Assembly (NCBI GenBank): GCA_002633005.1
Contig: NMRA01000631.1
Span: forward strand, 105,598-169,597
Length of the DNA: 64,000 nucleotides
Reading direction: 5' to 3'
From: Phoronis australis
Lineage: Eukaryota; Animalia; Phoronida
Each line of letters starts with the position of its first letter. Position 1 is the first letter of the stretch. The notes under the pieces were generated by a model, which saw nothing but the letters and a program-made list of their open reading frames with translations, was not told the origin of the DNA and searched no databases. The position numbers were made by a program, and so were the translations under genes. Below are positions 27,363 to 39,827 of the stretch, piece by piece.

Positions 27363-28309
27363 TAGTTGGCTTAGTTTACGCCCATGCTCATGTGTACACC
27401 ACTTCATTGTGAAGATTGTTGATAAATGTAAGGCCTGAAATATTTTTGTTATGCCATTCAGTATTGTTTTGTTTTATTTTGGGTTTATTATGAGACTCTT
27501 GGTTTATAACTTTGTTATGTTGTGTTAATAGTGCTTGAATATGTTAATTGCTGCCAGACAAATTGTTCTTCATTTGGTGAAGGCACGAGATAACCAATTG
27601 AGGTCTCACAATTGATGGGGGGTCTATTTGGAAGCTTGTACAGCTTAAACTTTAGGAGGGCTCCTCTATACTGGATGGCTCCTCTATGCTGGGGGGCTCC
27701 TCTATACTGGAGGGCTCCTCTATGTAGCTGAAGCAAGATTTTTTGGTGAAATTTCAGGTGAATGAGTGGCCAGTTGGTGGATTTAAAATGTTGGAATCTG
27801 ATTTGTAAAAAGTGACTTAAGACTTGAGCCAAAATNTAGTTGGCTTAGTTTACGCCCATGCTCATGTGTACAGAACTTCATTGTGAAGATTGTTGATAAA
27901 TGTAAGGCCTGAAATATTTTTGTTATGCCATTCAGTATTGTTTTGTTTTATTTTGGGTTTATTATGAGACTCTTGGTTTATAACTTTGTAATGTTGTGTT
28001 AATAGTGCTTGAATATGTTAATTGCTGCCAGACAAATTGTTCTTCATTTGGTGAAGGCACGAGATAACCAATTGAGGTCTCACAATTGATGGGGGGTCTA
28101 TTTGGAAGCTTGTACAGCTTAAACTTTAGGAGGGCTCCTCTATACTGGATGGCTCCTCTATGCTGGGGGGCTCCTCTATACTGGAGGGCTCCTCTATGTA
28201 GCTGAAGCAAGATTTTTTGGTGAAATTTCAGGTGAATGAGTGGCCAGTTGGTGGATTTAAAATGTTGGAATCTGATTTGTAAAAAGTGACTTAAGACTTG
28301 AGCCAAAAT
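27363..28309. other. 473-bp duplication across an N join (assembly overlap)
   Basis: 27363-27835 is repeated at 27837-28309 with few mismatches; N at 27836. Confidence 0.85.
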
Positions 28310-30367
28310 TTCGTCTTATGGTTCACACAACTATTTCTGAAAATAATCAAATTTTACTTGCCAATGACAAAAAGTGTAGTCTCTGAAATTGATAGATAAC
28401 TGCTAGATATTGAAGTAATTACTAAACATTAGTTCTATACTGTGATGTGCTTATAATTACATGGCTAAAGCTTATCCCACAACTGTGAAGTGCAAGTGTG
28501 AGACCAAATAGTCTTAAGTCTTTCACTTAAAAGTCACTCTCATGAAACAGATCCAGACCCCCAGTTATGATTTCTATTTTTGCTTGCTTCAGGGCCCACA
28601 TTATTGATCAAGCTTTAGGCTGCCCAAAGTGTAATTCGCAAGTGCTCACAACTTTTTTCTAATGACAAAGAAACTTCCATAAGATACAAGTACCAGTCAG
28701 TTCAAATCAACTCCATAGGTTCACACTCAAGAGTTGCAGACCTGCTGAAGGGGGTATTACAACTTTGCTGGAGGTTGGTTGAAATTTTGCTCGAGATTGG
28801 ACAAATTGATCAAATTTTGCTTGAGGTTCCTGGCGATATCTTCACTAACTATCAAACTTTATATATTCTAAAATATAAGACTTAACTAGTCATATTACAT
28901 TTAAAAAACCCTTTTATAAGCGTAGAAAACTAGGTTTTTGAAAACTTACGACCAAAAAATTCATTTTGCATGAGATAGCTTAAGGCTTGTGTGAGTGCGT
29001 TAGGCAGTGGCCAAATGCGTGAGACTCGCGCGAGATGCGTGAGACTTGGCAGGCTTGGAGTTGGTTTACACTAAATCTGTAGCAATGTCTGGTTGGTTAT
29101 ACCGGAATATGCAAGGAAGAACCGGATAATTTACTGTAATGTTATATTGAATAAAAAAATACTGCAATGTTCAAGGTAGACAATCTTCCTTGCGAATTGC
29201 AAGGGCATTCTCATTATCAGGGTTGTTTTCTCATTAGTACAGTGTTCCCCAAGAGCTGCAATCCTGTTCTTACAAAAATCTTTTCTCGTTAGCTGTATAT
29301 GTTGCTGGTTGAGTACTGACAGATTTTAATATATTGTTCTACACGTGTACTGTCAAGCACCTGCAGCTGGCGCCACCTGTCAATTGTGTATAGGACTGTT
29401 GGTGTTTGATGAGTTTATAAGAGAAAGAAAGACTGTGTACTCTGTTGTGGACATTTTCAGGTTTGTGAAGGGCAGCTAATGAGCGGATATTAAATGATAT
29501 GAATAAAAATATACAAAATCATTTGATATGTTCATGATCTCAAGTTAATACAGGCAAAGTACTAATTGAATGCACTGTTCATGAGCACAAAAAGATCACA
29601 AAGAAAAAGAGGTCAAGTATAAATGTGTTCACTGGCTCAATCAACATCAAAAGATAACACTCTCTTTGCAACAAACTATTACTATTTGTTTTTCACCAAA
29701 AATAAAGTGGAAGATGCAGCAATTTCCCTTACGGCAAAATTATAGGCACAACTTTAATTTGGTGCAGATGAGCAAAGCACAATAAATGCATTTCGCAATT
29801 TTCACTTATATTAGACAGTTAACATAATTTCATTTTGCTTCCATATTTAAAAAATAGAATACACCTCCAATACCACACAGAAGAAATTCCAAAAAATATG
29901 AATTTCTGAAAATGTTAACAATTTTGAAATTTGAAATAAAAAATGTTTTCTGTTGATGGAACAGGAAGACATCCATTGAAGTTCATTTAAAACACCTTCA
30001 AAGATTTGAAAAAATCATCCTGTTACATAACAAGTGCAAACGTAGAGCTGTGTGAACTTTTCAAATCACTTAAACTATCATTCATTAGGCTCACACAGAA
30101 TTGATCAAGCACCACAAACTCGGGGATTGAAATCAGCACTTTCACAGGTTAGGTTCTTACTACACTATCGATTTCAGCTGTTTTCCGTAAAGGAAAATAG
30201 TCGGCATGCCATCAGTTCCACTCATTCAGTATTGGGTTGGGATATAAAAATGGGCTGTCAGAAGGCACCAGTGAACAACAGGGGTAATATCTGTAAACAC
30301 ATCTCATGTTTAGGAAGAGGAAAGATTACTTTTAAAAAAATAGACCAACAAAACCTGGTCACATGAC

Positions 30368-32935
30368 CTAGCCAAACTTCCTTTCTTCTTGCTTCAAGTT
30401 CAATGTTGACAGATGCGAATTAACGTAAGATCCAATGTAGATAGTTCCATCTTTTTCCTCTACTTCACTGGCAGCCTTTACCACCTTTCCCGTTGGATCT
30501 TGTAAACTCTGCACAATCCGTCCTTCCTTATCCAGTTCAACAATTAACCCTTCCTTGCTCAAGAACAATTTCTTTAAAGCCTCTTGACTAACCACCTGTG
30601 AAAGTGTCAAGGAATGAGTCTTGTTATTCATTAGATTGTAAAAACGAAACAGATGGAGCCATTAACAACAATGAACTTGAATTAAAGAAATTTAACCTTT
30701 CAAAGGAGACAGTGAGATTGGGTAAAATACATGTTATGAATACAATGCCCTTCATCAGTGGCAATACCAGTGAAGCAGGTTACAGACCAATGCAAAGGTG
30801 ACTGGTACACATTGCCTCATATGTGTCTACCACAAATATAAAGGGTAGATGACATCCCCAATGAGAGAATTTTATTCTATAAATACAATGCACAAATAAT
30901 TTACATCTCACTAGTTATTCATTAACTGATTAACAAATGCGGCAAGGAGTTGACTGTCATGGAATTATATCGGTTACGTTTACGTAGGACTTTATTGACT
31001 GACAAGTCTGCTTATTTAGTCAAATACCAATGAAACTATAGACTTTAACTCAATAAAAGTAATTATTTTCTGAAAGTAGGAGGCCTATAGAGTTTGATTT
31101 GGGGCTTTTTATCTATTAGCGAACAATTGGGTCATGCGACCATGTCTTAAGTAAAAATTAGTAAAAAGTATAACATGGACAGCAAGACCACAGTATTAAC
31201 AACATGAACAAAATTTTGTTTAAGGTGAAATCTCAAAAACCTTGTTACAGTTTTCAAAATTACCAATTCATTTTCATCAACTTTTAATTTTCTGTCACTT
31301 AAAATCATAAAATGGAATTCCGTTAATTTATAAAATAAAAATACGAAATGCAATTTTATGTTTGCTTAAATGGATTTCTATTTTTGAATGGAAAACCAGG
31401 TTTACGACAGCCCACAATACTACCTTTGCCACTAGTTTCCGAAGCCATGGCCTTGAAGCAGTAAAGTCAAACATGGAAAATTTATCAGCTTTCCGCGTGG
31501 TTGCCATGGCTACCCAATAAGTTCCACGTCCTGACCGGCGAATGTTATCAGGTAAACCCGGCAGATTATTGGCAAAAATATCCACTTGACCTTTCTTGTC
31601 CCCCTTCAGCCATAACCTAAACAACAAACATGATTCATAAGCAGATGTTAGTTTCTAAAATTTATAGTCATTAAAACCAATAAAATAATTAGGTAACATT
31701 TTCTATTTGGAAATTTTGCAATTTCTCTTGTCTGCTACATTGTGTGCTTAATAGTAGGGATAGGATGAAATAAATATTTAGAAATTCAGTTTCATTTTTT
31801 AGGAAGAATTCTTTTTTACAAATTAACCCATTTTTTTTCTCAAATATAAAATTGTTATAAAATTGCAACTAATCAATGATACTGTGCTGTTTATTGGTTC
31901 AATAATAATAATACTAAAAGATACAAAAAGTCGTTGAGTTTGTTACGACACCAGATGGCAAAAATTGGAGCTTAGAATTTAATCAAAAAGTGCCTTAAAT
32001 TGGAATATCAATTTCAAAATCGGTCGCTCCTGCATCGAGACTAGATTACAATTCAATTTAATGAAGCATCCTAATCCATTAGATGAAGAATTACAGTAAT
32101 ATAAGATGTTGCAGTAAAATGATATCGTTCTTCTCAGCAGTGTGGGTCCCTTTGAAACTTTGAAATGGGAATAAACAGAACATGACTGTATAAAAATTGA
32201 CACCAAGCATAATATTAGTAGTAGAAAAACAATAGCTGTTTGAGAAATATACTTTAACTTTAGTTTAATGCACAACATTTTGCACGTCCCATTCATTAGG
32301 CAAATCTAGACAAGGGAGCATGCACTGTGTACCCCAGAGAATCCAGCGGCATATCAAAGACTTCATGGCACCATCACAGATTGAAGTGGTCTACGGTAGT
32401 CACTATTCATGGGCGTGGCTGAACGTGCTGGATGAGATATGTTGTCGTAAACCAACACGCTTGTTTAGGGTTTGAGTTTCAAAGTCAAAAAATGAACAAC
32501 AAGTTAGGCATCAACATGACTATTTTTAAAATTAAAAAGTAAATAGTAGCAATATGAGAATTTTTAAAAACGATGCATTATAAGTGAAAATAACGAATAG
32601 ATTGTCTTCAGCATCGCTGCTAAGCCACGAGCATTAATTTGTGAATCGATTACGATGGGTTAGTCACAGTCTGGCTTAGGTTCTCTTAGGTGTTGGGGTT
32701 AAAGCAAAACCAAAAATATTATCTCATCTCAATTCCATATGTCTACAAGTTCCAAATCTCTACTCATAAATGTCAAGACAATTAACAAAAATTACAATAC
32801 CTCTGTATTCTTGCTAAAAGTGTTTCAGCCACAAGTATGTAATCTTCTTTATAAGACAAGACCACACCATTGGCAAAATTGAGATTAGAAAGCAGCACTT
32901 TCACTTCTTCAGTTTCCGGGTTGATTTCAAGTAGC
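30368..32935 (-). CDS. APMAP: Adipocyte plasma membrane-associated protein (strictosidine synthase-like beta-propeller), last three exons only
   Basis: Exons 32935-32801, 31616-31424, 30595-30368 in phase. RLLEINPETEEVKVLLSNLNFANGVVLS..VAET..RIQR / FANNLPGLPDNIRRSGRGTYWVAM..FSMFDF / IVEL..SLQDPTG..SEVEE..YIGS match the APMAP C-terminal half. Confidence 0.9.
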
Positions 32936-33428
32936 CTGAAACAGTCAATGCAGCCAAGAGAAAATCAAGTTGATCATAACTTGTTTTCTAAAATATTATA
33001 AAAGTTAGGCTGTCTGTGGTGTCCATCTAATTCTTACATTTCACTCTCCATTTTACCACACTTAAGTGGGTCAATATCCAGGAGCAATACATTGATCGAG
33101 ACTAAAAGTCAGGTGTGAGTGTCAAGTCGAGTATGAGTGTTTATTAGACTTTTCACAAATTCAAAGTGTGTGCTTGTATCCACATGACTGTTTCAATCAA
33201 AATCCTGACAACTCATATTCAGTGGACATTTCAGGCCTTGCAAGATGAAATCAATTAAAAACAGTCACCAAATATGAGGCAAAATGTACTGTTTGTTTGT
33301 CACACAAATCGTGATTTATCGTTGAGTGTTGACTTCAGACAAGGGGTTTCCAAATACAAATACTAAACGTACCCACATACTTTTGTCTGGTATCATGGGT
33401 GACTCGACACACACCAACTATCTACCAT

Positions 33429-33749
33429 TGTTAGAGTATGATCTCATATCCCAGTGAGTGCATGTGTAGGAGTAGTTCAGAGAATTAACCATTATGTAAT
33501 ACACCCCCAACATGAGGAATTGTAGTAAACATGTTTGTTCAGTATATCCTGTTATGATTCATGTATGTCACTATATAAGTGTATGATCGCATGGATTGTA
33601 ACAGACTCAGTAGTATCAGCAGAAGAGTATGTAATAAAACTATTATCCTCCTTCAGACTAGTATTATCCTTGGACCGCGTTCTCGCACTGTGTCGCGCAT
33701 TCAACGTTCCTAACCGAACAGAATGCCTTTCGCTGCTAGCACATCAACA
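33429..33749 (+). repeat. copia 5' LTR (321 bp)
   Basis: tgttagagtatg...acatcaaca; near-identical to 39508-39827; contains tataag and aataaa. Confidence 0.95.
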
Positions 33750-33767
33750 GGTTATGGGCCCAGCACG
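33750..33767 (+). other. Primer-binding site complementary to the anticodon region of tRNA-iMet (half-tRNA primer)
   Basis: ggttatgggcccagcacg is the reverse complement of CGTGCTGGGCCCATAACC in eukaryotic initiator tRNA; same type as Drosophila copia. Confidence 0.9.
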
Positions 33768-36700
33768 GCCAGCAGTTCCAGCACTAGCGTGAGCAGAGGT
33801 TCAGGAAGACTGAGTCGGCTATGTTTTGATGGAGATGAAAGAAGGTATGAACTGTGGGAAATTAAGTTTCTCGGACATTTGAAATCGCTAGATCTGAAAG
33901 CGACAATTGAATCCGACGCAGAAACCGTCGATGATGCGAAGAATGAAGAAGCATTCTGCGAACTAGTTCAATACTTGGACGACAAAAGTTTGAACTTAAT
34001 AATTCGAGATGTTAGAAATGACGGCCGTTAGGCTCTCAAGATTTTACGAGAACATTATACGGGGTGCAGTAAGCCACGAATAATTGGGCTATACAGCGAA
34101 CTGACGGCACTAAAAATGGAAGCTAATGAGTCTGTGACAGACTATCTGATCAGGGCAGAACGTGCCGCAACTTACCTGCGAACAGCAGAAGAGGTTATAA
34201 GCGATAGCCTGTTGATTGCGATGGCCATGAAGGGATTACCAGACAAATTCGGACCCTTCATCGTTTATGTGTCTCAGAACACAGGTAAAATAACGTTTGG
34301 AGACTTCAAAGTGAAGTTAAAGTCTTTTGAAGAAAATGANCGGAAGAGGTTATAAGCGATAGCCTGTTGATCGCGATGGCCATGAAGGGATTACCAGACA
34401 AATTCGGACCCTTCATTGTTTATGTCTCAGAACACAGATAAAATAACGTTTGGAGACTTCAAAGTGAAGTTAAAGTCTTTTGAAGAAAATGAAAATGCAA
34501 GACAAACAGAAGACTCCGTAATGAGGTCGGCAACCTACCGACGGAAGAAACCAATGGAATGTTGGACGTGCGGTCGAAAAGGGCACAAGGCACAAGATTG
34601 CAGAACAAGATGGTGCAGACTGTGTAAAAACAGCTCCCACAACTTCGAAGATTGCCGAAGAAGGAAAGGAACAAGTAAAGCCCACAAAGCAGCTGAGGAA
34701 CAAGACCAGCAGGGAAGTAGATTTAATGATTTCAGTTTTAAGGTTAGCGATGATAGGTTTAAACATGATCAGATGTTAGTAAACAAACTGTTAGTTGATA
34801 CAGGGGCAACATCCCATATTGTTACAGACAGGTCTAAGTTTAAATGTTTTGATGAGAAATTTGATCCGTCTAGTCACTGNTTAGTTGATACTGGGGCAAC
34901 ATCCCATATTGTTACAGACAGGTCCAAGTTTAAATGTTTTGATGAGAAATTTGATCTAATCACTGCATAGACTTGGCAGATGGGACTAGGACAACTGGTA
35001 TAGCACAGGCACGGTGGTGATGTTGACATTAGGCTAATAGACAGTAAGGGCAATGTCATCTGTTCCACATTGACAAATGTTTTGTACATACCAAGCTATC
35101 CACAGGAAATATTCTCTGTCCAGGCTGCTGTTGCTAATGGAGCTTCAGTCATTTTTGAATCAGAAAATGCAAAATTAATTGCTCATGATGGGACAGAATT
35201 CGAAATTGAAAAACGTGGAAAATTGTTATTTGGATTATTTGGATGTATTGGCTTCTGACACAGCAAATAAAGTCAGAGAGCATGACCAGTCTGTGTACAT
35301 GGCACAAAATTTTTGGCCATTGTAACAATGATGACGTATTGAGATTAGAAACCGTTGTTAGAGGTATGAAAATTACTGACAAGGCTAAGGTGGATTGTGA
35401 CGTTTGTACTCTGGGGAAAATGACTAATACTAGGAATAGGAATCCAGATGCCCGCAGTACGAAAGCATTAGAATTCGCTCATTGTGATTTGGCAGGACCG
35501 ATTGATCCCATTTCAAAAGATGGATTTAGATATGCAATATCCTTCGTTGATGATTNGATGCCCGCAGTACGAAAGCATTAGAATTTGTTCATTGTGATTT
35601 GGCAGGACCGATTGATCCCATTTCAAAAGATGAATTTAGATACGTATGCAATATCCTTCGTTGATGATTTTAGTGGGGTGAATATGGTATATTTTATGAA
35701 ACAGAAGTCAGACACAGTCAAGGCCACAAAACGTTTTATAGCGGACTGTGCACCCTATGGAAAAGTGAAGCGTATGCGTACCGACAATGGTACAGAGTTT
35801 ACATCCAGCAAATTTCAGGAACTTATGCTGAGCCACAGTATTAATCAGCCCCCTATTCCCCACACCAAAATGGGACAGTTGAACGAGGGTGGCGCACTTT
35901 ATTTGAAATGGCCAGATGCTTGTTGATAAATGCCAATTTGCCAAAAAGATTTTGGACTTATGCGGTTATGTCTGCTGCATATATTAGAAACAGATGTTTC
36001 AACTCAAATATTAAGAAAACCCCAGTGGAAGGGTTCACTGGACGACAACCCGATGTAAGCAACATGCATATTTTCGGAAGCATGTGTTATGCATATGATA
36101 ATGATCCCAAGAGGAACAAACTTGATGCAAAAAGCATAAGGGGTATTGTTGTTGGATATGACAGGGGGAGTCTCGCATATCTTGTTTATGATCCTGAGAG
36201 TGACAGAATTCTCAGAAGTCGGTTAGTAAAATTCCCTGATAATTTTGATTTGTCAGATGCCACACCAAATGAGTGTGATGAAGAACTGGTGCGATTGCCA
36301 AGAATGAATCCTGAAACTAAGGAAGAGAAAAATGGCGAAATTAAGACTGAATCCAGTCAAATAAAGAATGAGTCAAATGAGAATAATGACGCAACTGAGG
36401 GTGGTCAAAGAAGATATCCTCTCAGAGAAAGAAGACCCCCAAGTTATTTGAATGATTATGTGGCCGGAAATATTGATTATTGCTACAAAATTATGGGAAT
36501 TCCTCAAACGTATGAGGAGGCAATGAATTAAATGAATCAGAATTTTGGGAAAAGGCCATGAATGACGAAATGGACTCATTAAGGGAGAATGATACATTTA
36601 CATTAACCAAACTGCCTGAAGGACGCAATGATATTGTTGGCGGCAGATGGGTGTTTGCCATTAAGGAAGATAGCAAGGGAAATATAACTCACAAGGCGAG

Positions 36701-38051
36701 ATTTGTGGCAAAAGGCTATAGCCAAATTCCTGGAAGATATTATTATGATACATATGCTCCAACTGTGAAATTGAGTACAATTAGGGCAGTAATTCAATTA
36801 GCTGTTGAGAACGACTTACATGTAAACCAAATGGAAGTGAAAACGGCCTATCTAAATGCACCGATTGATTGCGAAATTTATATGACACAACCACAAGGTT
36901 TCAAGGAATTATAAGAAACTGGTGAAAAACTTGTTTGGAAACTTAACAAGTCACTGTATGGCTTGAAGCAAAGTGGTCGGAATTGGAATTACGTTCTCAG
37001 AAATTATCTTTTTGAGATGGGGTATAAACAGGACGAAGTTGACCCGTGTATGTTTACTAGTTGTGATCCAAAGGGATCCATGACATTGCTGTTGATTTGG
37101 GTCGATGATATAATAATCGTAGCAAGTGATGAGGTGTTACTCAGAAATACCAAGCAGATGTTATGTAATAAGTTTAAGATGAAAGATCTTGGTAAAATTG
37201 CCTATTTTCTTGGAATAGAGTTTGAGCATAAACAAGGCGAAATTGATATGAGTCAGCGGAAGTATTTGAGAAAACTGTTAGATAAATTTGGGATGACAGA
37301 TTGTAAACCCAGATTGACTCCTTGTGAACAAGATGTTACTCAAGCGTGCAATGACGTAGCAGTAGTAGACAAAACAGTGTATCGTGAAATAGTGGGAAGT
37401 TTGATTTATGCAATGACGTGTACAAGACCAGACTTATGTTTTGTTGTGACAAAATTATCTCAGAAACTGTCAGAGCCAATTGAGGCTGACATGATTAAAT
37501 TGAAACAGGTGTTACGCTATTTGAAAGGAACTATGGATTATTCACTCAGATTTAGAAAGTCTGAAAATGGTTTGAGAATTATTGGTTTTAGTGATGCAGA
37601 CTGGGGATCATCTGATGACAGACACAGTATTACTGGATATTGTTTATGTGAAAACAGTGCAGCGATTTCATGGAAATCAATGAAGCAATCTACAATTGCT
37701 TTATCTACTTGTGAAGCCGAATATATAGCAATGTCGAATGCTATTCAAGAATTGTTATTTCTGAAGCAAATGTTAATGTGTATGGAAAAACAAATTGATG
37801 TGTATTGTCCAATCTTGTACGGTGACAATCAAGGCGCAATTGCACTGTGTAAGAATAGTGTAACTCATCAGAGATCAAAACATATTGATATCAGGTATCA
37901 TTTTATCAGAGAACAGGTTGAGAAAGGTTCTGTAAACCTATTGTATGTTCCATCATCAGAAAACATTGCAGATATGTTTACGAAGTTGTTGTCAAAAGTG
38001 AAACTACGGAGGTTTGTTAGCTATGTTTTTGGAAATGATGTTTGTAATTAA
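33754..38051 (+). pseudogene. copia gag-pol polyprotein with stops and frameshifts
   Basis: Gag CCHC (CWTCGRKGHKAQDC, CRLCKNSSHNFEDC), protease LVDTGATSHI, integrase WHKIFGH..CDVC, DLAGP, RTDNGTEF, RT KARFVAKGYSQ and IWVDD, RNase H FSDADW..STCEAEY..SKHIDIRYHFIRE..NIADMFTK. Confidence 0.92.
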
Positions 38052-38133
38052 AGACTGCGTAATAAATGTGACGAATATGAGATCAAGGGGGAGTGTTAGA
38101 GTATGATCTCATATCCCAGTGAGTGCATGTGTN

Positions 38134-39463
38134 AAGATATCCTCTCAGAGAAAGAAGACCCCCAAGTTATTTGAATGATTATGTGGCCGGAAATATTGAT
38201 TACTGCTACAAAATTATGGGAATTCCTCAAACGTATGAGGAGGCAATGAATTCAAATGAATCAGAATTCTGGGAAAAGGCCAGGAATGACGAAGTGGACT
38301 CATTAAGGGAGAATGATACATTTACATTGACCAAACTGCCTGAGGGACGCAATGATATTGTTGGCGGCAGATGGGTGTTTGCGATTAAGGAAGATAGCAA
38401 GGGAAATATAACTCACAAGGCGAGATTTGTGGCAAAAGGCTACAGCCAAATTCCTGGAAGAGATTACTATGATACATATGCTCCAACTGTGAAATTGAGT
38501 ATTTTTTTGGGCCAGTAATTCAATTAGCTGTTGAGAACGACTTACATGTACACCAAATGGATGGGAAAACGGCCTATTTAAATGCACCGATTGATTGCGA
38601 AATTTATATGACACAACCACAAGGTTTCGAGGAATTATCAGAAACTGGTGAAAAACTTGTTTGGAAACTTAACAAGTCACTGTATGGCTTGAAGCAAAGT
38701 GGCCGGAATTGGAATTACGTTCTCAGAAATTATCTTATTGAGATGGGGTATAAACAGAATGAAGTTGACTGGTGTATGTTTACAAGTTGTGATCCAAAGG
38801 GATCCATGACATTGCTGTTGATTTGGGTCGATGATATAATAATCGTAGCAAGTGATGAGGTTTTACTCAGAAATACCAAGCAGATGTTATGTAATAAGTT
38901 TAAGATGAAAGATCTTGGTAAAATTGCCTATTTTCTTGGAATAGAGTTTGAGCACAAACAAGGTATGAGTCAGAGGAAGTATTTGAGAAAACTGTTAGAT
39001 AAATTTGGAATGACAGATTGTGAACCCAGATTGACTCCTTGTGAACAAGATGTTACTCAAGCGTGCAATGACGTAGCAGTAGTAGACAAAACAATGTATC
39101 GTGAAATAGTGGGAAGTTTAATTTATGCAATGACGTGTACAAGACCAGACTTATGTTTTGTTGTGACAAAATTATCTCAGAAACTGTCAGAGCCAATTGA
39201 GGCTGACATGATTAAATTGAAACAGGTGTTACGCTATTTGAAAGCAACTATGGATTATTCACTCAGATTTAGAAAGTCTGAAAATGGTTTGAGAATTATT
39301 GGTTTTAGTGATGCAGATTGGGGATCATCTGATGACGGACACAGTATTACTGGATATTGTTTTGGCTGATGTGAAAACATTGCAGATATGTTTACAAAGT
39401 TGTTGTCAAAAGTGAAACTATAGAAGTTTGTTAACTATGTTTTTGGAAATGATGTTTGTAATT
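38134..39463 (+). pseudogene. Second copy of the copia RT-RNase H region with an internal RNase H deletion
   Basis: Repeats 36410-38051 after the N at 38133; about 310 bp of RNase H are missing at ~39372, joined at the microhomology gaaaaca. Confidence 0.88.
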
Positions 39464-39507
39464 AAAGATTGCATAATAAATGTGACGAATATGAGATCAA
39501 GAGGGAG

Positions 39508-39827
39508 TGTTAGAGTATGATCTCATATCCCAGTGAGTGCATGTGTAGGAGTAGTTCAGAGAATTAACCATTATGTAATACATCCCCAACATGAGGAATT
39601 GTAGTAAACATGTTTGTTCAGTTTCTCCTGTTATGATTCATGTATGTCCTATATAAGTGTATGATCGCATGGATTGTAACAGACTCAGTAGTATCAGCAG
39701 AAGAGTATGTAATAAAACTATTATCCTCCTTCAGACTAGTATTATCCTTGGACTGCGTTCTCGCACTGTGTCGCGCCTTCAACGTTCCTAACCGAACAGA
39801 ATGCCTTTCGCTGCTAGCACATCAACA
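39508..39827 (+). repeat. copia 3' LTR (320 bp)
   Basis: Preceded by PPT aagagggag; TG..CA termini. Confidence 0.95.

Larger units (their letters stand above)
33429..39827 (+). mobile_element. Ty1/copia LTR retrotransposon, assembled as a mosaic of more than one copy
   Basis: TG..CA LTRs 33429-33749 and 39508-39827, plus a partial LTR 38094-38132; PBS; PPT aagggggag; domain order gag-PR-IN-RT-RH; N joins at 34340, 34880, 35556 and 38133 with duplicated overlaps. Confidence 0.95.

Noticed and set aside
27515-28306. Two near-identical 105/114-aa ORFs with QYRGA repeats
   Set aside because: Assembly overlap across the N at 27836 plus an 18-bp mini-repeat; no coding evidence.
38094-39827. Tandem or nested second copia insertion
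   Set aside because: The junction is an N and the second copy starts abruptly mid-pol; better explained as merged contigs.
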